From Candidatus Latescibacterota bacterium (GTDB taxonomy: Bacteria; Latescibacterota; UBA2968; SICM01), in the NCBI GenBank assembly GCA_965217865.1, contig CBDCJO010000002.1, forward strand, positions 4,640,001 through 4,704,000: DNA of 64,000 nt, in the 5' to 3' direction. The notes below the pieces were generated by a model. That model had not been told where the DNA came from. It did not search any database and saw only the letters and a list, made by a program, of their open reading frames with translations. The position numbers were made by a program, and so were the translations under genes. Of the stretch, positions 59,226-64,000 are shown in pieces (the first letter of the stretch is position 1; every line of letters begins with the position of its first letter).

Positions 59226-60332
59226 GTGAAGCGGCTTCGGACCAATCATGGCGTTCTTTCCCTCCCGTCCTTTCTACCCGACGCCACCAGGGCGGTCGTA
59301 AAATCCCTGGATGCCTCGGACCTCACCGAATGCGGTGTGAAGGGCCTCGTGGTCAACACGCTGCATCTCTCATCTCACCCTGGAACCTCTTTGATCTCCA
59401 AACAGGGAGGCGTCCATCGGTTCATGGGGTGGGATAACCCCATCATCTCAGACTCGGGGGGATACCAGGTCTATTCCTTAATATCTGAATCTCCGAAGTC
59501 GGGGGGGATCACCAGCAGGGGGTTCACATATCGCCTTGGGGGTGGCGTCAAAAAGGTCCTGACCCCCGAAAACTGCATCCAGAAACAGTGTCAAATCGGA
59601 TCGGATATCCTGGTTTGTCTGGACCATTGTACGCACCCGGACGATCCGAGGGAACTTCAGGAAACGAGCGTCAACAACACGGTCGAATGGGCCCGAAGAT
59701 GCAAGGCGGCGTTTCAGAAGAGGATGGAACAGAACCCTCCCGACGGATCGCCCCCTCTGATTTTTGCTGTCATCCAGGGGGGATCGGATCCCGACTTGAG
59801 GCGTTCTTGCTTTGAGCGGTTGTTGGAGATCGGTTTCGATGGGTACGGATACGGAGGGTGGCCGATCGATTCCAAGGGAAGACTCTTGGATATGCTCGAA
59901 TTCGTTGCGGGATTGATCCCGAACGAGTTTCCGAAACACGCTCTCGGGGTGGGCAAACCCGAAAACCTGGTACGCGCTTTCACGATGGGATATAACCTTT
60001 TCGATTGCGCGATTCCCACCCGCGATGCTCGCCACAAGCGGTTATATGTGTTTAACGAGGGATCGGATAATAAAGATCGGGACCGGGATTCTTTCTTCCA
60101 TCCCTTTTTCATCTCGGATAAGAGATATGTTCGGGATGGTCGGCCCATCGATGAGCGATGCAAATGTGTGTGTTGTCGTCGCTACTCGCGGTCTTATCTC
60201 CACCATCTTTTCAAGATTCGAGATTCCCTTGCACCCCGCCTTGCCACGATGCACAATTTGACCTTTTACACCGATCTGTTAAAAAAACTGGCGAAATCTC
60301 AAAAACCTGAGAGATCAAAACCTCAATTATAA
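59226..60332 (+). CDS. tgt: tRNA-guanine transglycosylase family protein, non-canonical
   Basis: NTLHL, DSGGYQ, LDHC, IQGG, FDC..PTR, CKCVCC..HNL zinc site; FLPDAT and GGWP replace the usual FMPVGT and GGLA/S. Confidence 0.85.
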   Translation: MKRLRTNHGVLSLPSFLPDATRAVVKSLDASDLTECGVKGLVVNTLHLSSHPGTSLISKQGGVHRFMGWDNPIISDSGGYQVYSLISESPKSGGITSRGFTYRLGGGVKKVLTPENCIQKQCQIGSDILVCLDHCTHPDDPRELQETSVNNTVEWARRCKAAFQKRMEQNPPDGSPPLIFAVIQGGSDPDLRRSCFERLLEIGFDGYGYGGWPIDSKGRLLDMLEFVAGLIPNEFPKHALGVGKPENLVRAFTMGYNLFDCAIPTRDARHKRLYVFNEGSDNKDRDRDSFFHPFFISDKRYVRDGRPIDERCKCVCCRRYSRSYLHHLFKIRDSLAPRLATMHNLTFYTDLLKKLAKSQKPERSKPQL

Positions 60333-60337
60333 AACGG

Positions 60338-61189
60338 GTGGATATCTCTTTACGCGCTTCAACCCACAGATCATGTATGGAGCAAAGCGTCCCTCACCAG
60401 ATGGTAAGCGACCTTCGGAGGACCCGAAAATACCGAGAACTATGTGAGGACACGCTTTATCGTGCGGCTTCCTGGGCTCTGATGCGTCACAAAACACCGA
60501 AGGAGGCTCTGAAGGCCGCCAAACGCAAACTTCATCAAGTATACGGGGCCTATTTGAACGGGATCGATTTCGGGAAGTTAGAGGACTGGATCGATAACCT
60601 GTCCTCCTCATCTTCTCAATCCTCCCTTCGAGAAACCTGCCTCCGGATCCTCGATTGCCAGACCTCCACGGCAGAACGGGTCCCAATTCTCGACTCGTGT
60701 TTTTCCGACCTTTTCCGGGAAACGGGTGAGCCGACGAGCATCCTGGACCTGGCGTGTGGGCTTAATCCGTTTGCCTTGCCGTGGATGGGCGTTTCCCCGA
60801 ATATGTCGTATTTCGCCTGGGATGTCGATAAACGGTTGATTTCAGCGACGAACGAATTTTTTATTCGTACGGGTCGGCCTCCCACGGCTGAGTTCCTGGA
60901 CGTCCTGGCCTCACCCCTGGACCTGCGCGTGGACGTGGTTTTCCTTCTCAAGTCGCTCCCCTTTCTGGAACAACAGGAAAAATGGTTCGGTGCCCGGTTG
61001 CTTCGTGAGGCGAACGCCCGGTTTGCGGTGATATCTTTTCCGGCCCGGTCGATCGGAGGGAGAGACAAAGGCATGGTGAGGCACTATGAACGGTTTATGG
61101 AGAAAATGACCGGGGAGCTCGGTTTATCAGTGAGCAAACATGTGTATCCGACGGAAACCTTCTACGCCTGCAACCTCGACGGCCGATAA
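60338..61189 (+). CDS. 16S rRNA m7G1405 methyltransferase homologue (ArmA/Rmt/Sgm/FmrO family)
   Basis: KRKLHQVYGAY, STAER, LDLACGLNP, LLKSLP.LEQQ, VISFP.RSIGGR.KGM...Y. Confidence 0.88.
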   Translation: MDISLRASTHRSCMEQSVPHQMVSDLRRTRKYRELCEDTLYRAASWALMRHKTPKEALKAAKRKLHQVYGAYLNGIDFGKLEDWIDNLSSSSSQSSLRETCLRILDCQTSTAERVPILDSCFSDLFRETGEPTSILDLACGLNPFALPWMGVSPNMSYFAWDVDKRLISATNEFFIRTGRPPTAEFLDVLASPLDLRVDVVFLLKSLPFLEQQEKWFGARLLREANARFAVISFPARSIGGRDKGMVRHYERFMEKMTGELGLSVSKHVYPTETFYACNLDGR

Positions 61190-61277
61190 GCGAGGTTGAC
61201 GGGTAACCGGACCCGGCATTCGCGGGCGATGTCATGGCGTATTGTTAAACCTTCATCCGAAAAGAAAGGGATTGAAT

Positions 61278-62690
61278 ATGCCAACTCAGGATATCTCCTT
61301 CAGGGAAAGTGTAGATCGAATGGCCGGCCGTGCCGCTGCGACTTTGGACTTGCCACCGGGCCTTGCCGAGCAGATCCGGATCTGCAACAATGTCTATCAG
61401 GTCCGCTTCTTTGCGAAGTTACGCGATGGCTATCGAACGTTTACGGGTTGGCGGGCCGTCCACAGCGATCACCGGTTACCTGTGAAAGGAGGCATCCGGT
61501 TTTCCCCGCACGTGGGTCAAGATGAGGTAGAGGCACTGGCCGCTTTGATGTCCTACAAGTGCGCGATCGTGGACGTACCATTCGGCGGTTCCAAGGGAGG
61601 GCTCTGCATAGACCCAAAGGAGTTTCATGAATCCCAGTTGGAAAGGATCACCCGCAGGTTCGCTCAGAAACTCTCGGAAAAGGGATACATCAGTCCCAGC
61701 CTGAACGTGCCCGCTCCGGACATGGGGACGGGGGCAAGGGAGATGGGCTGGATCGTCGATACTTACCAGATGCTTCATCCGGACGACATTAACGCGATCG
61801 CCTGCGTCACCGGAAAGCCTGTGACGCAGGGGGGCATACGGGGTCGGGTCGAGGCGACGGGTCGGGGCGTTCAGTATGGCCTCAGGGAGTTTTTCCGTCA
61901 TCCTGAAGATGTCTCAAGCGCGGGTCTCGAGGGTTCTCTGGAAGGAAAGCGGGTCGTGGTTCAGGGCCTTGGGAATGTGGGCTACCACGCAGCAAAATTC
62001 CTTTCAGAGGAGGACGGCGCGTTGATCGTAGGTATCATCGAACGTGACGGTGCCATCGTGTCCGAAGGGGGGCTTCCGGTGGAGGATGTCGCGGCCTTTA
62101 AAAAAGGACACGGCGGAATCATGGGATATTCAGGCGGGACCTACATCGAGGATGGGAATTCAGTGCTGGAGGCCGAATGTGATATCCTGATCCCGGCCGC
62201 GCTGGAGGGCCAAATCCACTCCGGGAATGCCCCCAGGATCCGGGCCCCCTTGATTGCCGAAGCGGCAAACGGTCCGATCACCTACGAGGCGGACAACTTC
62301 CTCCGGCAACAGGGAAAGGTGATCATTCCGGATGCCTATCTGAATGCAGGAGGTGTGACGGTCTCTTATTTCGAATGGATCAAAAATCTCTCCCACGTCC
62401 GCTTCGGCCGTCTGGACCGGCGGCACGAAGAGGTAAAAGGCAGACAGGTCATCGAAATCATCGAGACGATGGTGGGACGGCCCGTCCCGGAGCATTTGAG
62501 CGCAAAGCTTTGCCAAGGCGCTGATGAACTCGATCTCGTCCGGTCCGGGTTGGACGACACGATGCGACAGGCCTACAACGAAATCCGTGAAACCTACCTC
62601 TCCAACGACGCGGTGCCGGATCTCCGCACGGCCTCGTACGCCATCGCCATTGAAAAAATTGCGCGAAGTTATCTCGAATTGGGGCTTTGA
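61278..62690 (+). CDS. gdhA: Glutamate dehydrogenase (Glu/Leu/Phe/Val dehydrogenase family)
   Basis: KGGIRF, VPFGGSKGG, VPAPDMGT, VTGKP, GLGNVG, EAANGP, NAGGVTVSYFEW. Confidence 0.92.
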   Translation: MPTQDISFRESVDRMAGRAAATLDLPPGLAEQIRICNNVYQVRFFAKLRDGYRTFTGWRAVHSDHRLPVKGGIRFSPHVGQDEVEALAALMSYKCAIVDVPFGGSKGGLCIDPKEFHESQLERITRRFAQKLSEKGYISPSLNVPAPDMGTGAREMGWIVDTYQMLHPDDINAIACVTGKPVTQGGIRGRVEATGRGVQYGLREFFRHPEDVSSAGLEGSLEGKRVVVQGLGNVGYHAAKFLSEEDGALIVGIIERDGAIVSEGGLPVEDVAAFKKGHGGIMGYSGGTYIEDGNSVLEAECDILIPAALEGQIHSGNAPRIRAPLIAEAANGPITYEADNFLRQQGKVIIPDAYLNAGGVTVSYFEWIKNLSHVRFGRLDRRHEEVKGRQVIEIIETMVGRPVPEHLSAKLCQGADELDLVRSGLDDTMRQAYNEIRETYLSNDAVPDLRTASYAIAIEKIARSYLELGL

Positions 62691-62774
62691 TGATGCTTAG
62701 GTGGGGATTGTGCGGAGAACAGGAAGGATATTAATTGAGATCTGAATTCCGTTGTCTCCAGGTTGCTGATGTTT

Positions 62775-63452
62775 CTAATCGTCTTCTTTTTCCCAGAATC
62801 CTATTTTCTCGAACGGGTTTAGAATACTCGAGGTGATATTCAGTATATGCGCTGCTATTCTCTTCAGGTATCGGGCATAGAGCGCGGTTGCAACGGCATC
62901 CGTTGAGTCCATGGAACTATTCGAATTTATCAATTGTATGACGACGTCATCACAAACCTTGGCTATCCAGCTGCTTGAATCCCACAACTCCTCGGCGGCT
63001 TGTTTGTCGGACGATTTAAAGGCCGGGACGATCCCTTCGAATAAGTGCGTGACCCCCTTCTCGATCCTCTGAATATCCTCCTCAAAACGATCGCAAACCA
63101 ATCTTTTGGGATGGGCAACCGCCAGGTCCACGATGTTCTTGGTATAGTCTCCGATTCGTTCGATGTCGATGACAATGCTCGTCAGGATCAGACCTGGAAT
63201 CATGTTCATCCCCCCGGTGATGGCCAGGTGTTTCATGACCTTCCTCCGCACATCCCGCTCATACTCATTCACAGTTTGATCCATCTCATAGATGTTGTCG
63301 ATCTCTCCATCTTCACTTTCTCGGAGGGATTTCACCGATTCCCTGAACATCTGGTACGTGGTGTCAAGCATGGTGTGGGAATTGTTCAGGGCTTGAGTGA
63401 GTGAGTTGTCCGATCTCCAGAGTTCGATCAATTCTTTAAACATATGAATCAC
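62775..63452 (-). CDS. PhoU domain protein
   Basis: DQTVNEYE, DIERIGDY, YLKRIAAH. Confidence 0.85.
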   Translation of the reverse strand: MIHMFKELIELWRSDNSLTQALNNSHTMLDTTYQMFRESVKSLRESEDGEIDNIYEMDQTVNEYERDVRRKVMKHLAITGGMNMIPGLILTSIVIDIERIGDYTKNIVDLAVAHPKRLVCDRFEEDIQRIEKGVTHLFEGIVPAFKSSDKQAAEELWDSSSWIAKVCDDVVIQLINSNSSMDSTDAVATALYARYLKRIAAHILNITSSILNPFEKIGFWEKEDD

Positions 63453-64000
63453 CCCAAGAAATAAATCAAAATGAGTGGTATGAGGAAAAATACAACTCCG
63501 ATGTAGGCCACCGGAATCATTTTAGATCTCAATGACCATTCGGCCAAATTTTGGGAAAGGCGGAGGGGGATTTCCCTGATCCGCCAAATTATGGCGATAC
63601 CGAAAAGGTTGAATAAGAGATGCGCAAAAGCAACGGTGACGGCCGCCTGGGATCCGGTTACGAGAGAGGCCAAGAATGCCGTGATGGTCGTGCCCACGTT
63701 CGACCCGAGCGTAAACGGAAAAATTTGTCGAATAGTTAGGATTCCGGCCCCCGCCAGGGGAATGACAAGAGAGGTGGTGATAGAACTGCTCTGAACCAGC
63801 ACGGTAATGGCGATCCCCAGGAGCATCGCACGGATCGCGTTCTTGAACAAAACGGTGTTAAAGAAGGCTTCGATTTTTCCCAGCACCAGGCCTTTGAGGT
63901 TGACCACGATATAACGGAGGGCAAGGAAAAGAAAAGCAATGGAGATGATCAACATCCAGATGCCAGATCCGGACGTGAGACCTATGATCAGGTTTACGGA
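63449..64000 (-). CDS. Na+/Pi cotransporter family protein, C-terminal part (runs off the window)
   Basis: LVQSSSITTS, LGSNVGTT, AHLLFN. Confidence 0.88.
   Translation of the reverse strand, partial: SVNLIIGLTSGSGIWMLIISIAFLFLALRYIVVNLKGLVLGKIEAFFNTVLFKNAIRAMLLGIAITVLVQSSSITTSLVIPLAGAGILTIRQIFPFTLGSNVGTTITAFLASLVTGSQAAVTVAFAHLLFNLFGIAIIWRIREIPLRLSQNLAEWSLRSKMIPVAYIGVVFFLIPLILIYFLG

Overview
A 64-kb stretch of moderately GC-rich bacterial chromosome made up mostly of housekeeping and metabolic genes: uvrA 3' end, modABC, rsgA, long-form rmlA, rnhB/yraN, accD, queG-miaB-lipA, fused IOR, rsmI-tgt-like-rmt-like, gdh, Na/Pi-PhoU and tRNA-Val(TAC). Two secreted proteins end in a paired EF-hand/dockerin-like tag of the kind I associate with Latescibacterota-type organisms (inference). 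Mobile DNA comprises one IS110-family (IS1111-type) element with perfect 14-bp subterminal IRs, two near-identical inverted IS1182/IS5-like copies each with its own YTAG target duplication, and REP-like palindromes. Four features stand out. (1) Two copies of a non-coding element made of a long perfect (ACGAATC)n array, a conserved ~45-nt core and a degenerate inverted array, each directly behind a stop codon; many degenerate heptamer tracts occur in other intergenic gaps. (2) An rsmI - non-canonical TGT - ArmA/Rmt-like m7G1405 methyltransferase gene cluster. (3) Two in-frame TAG-CGA interruptions. (4) Several frameshifted or internally deleted genes. All calls come from reading motifs by eye; no database search was run.
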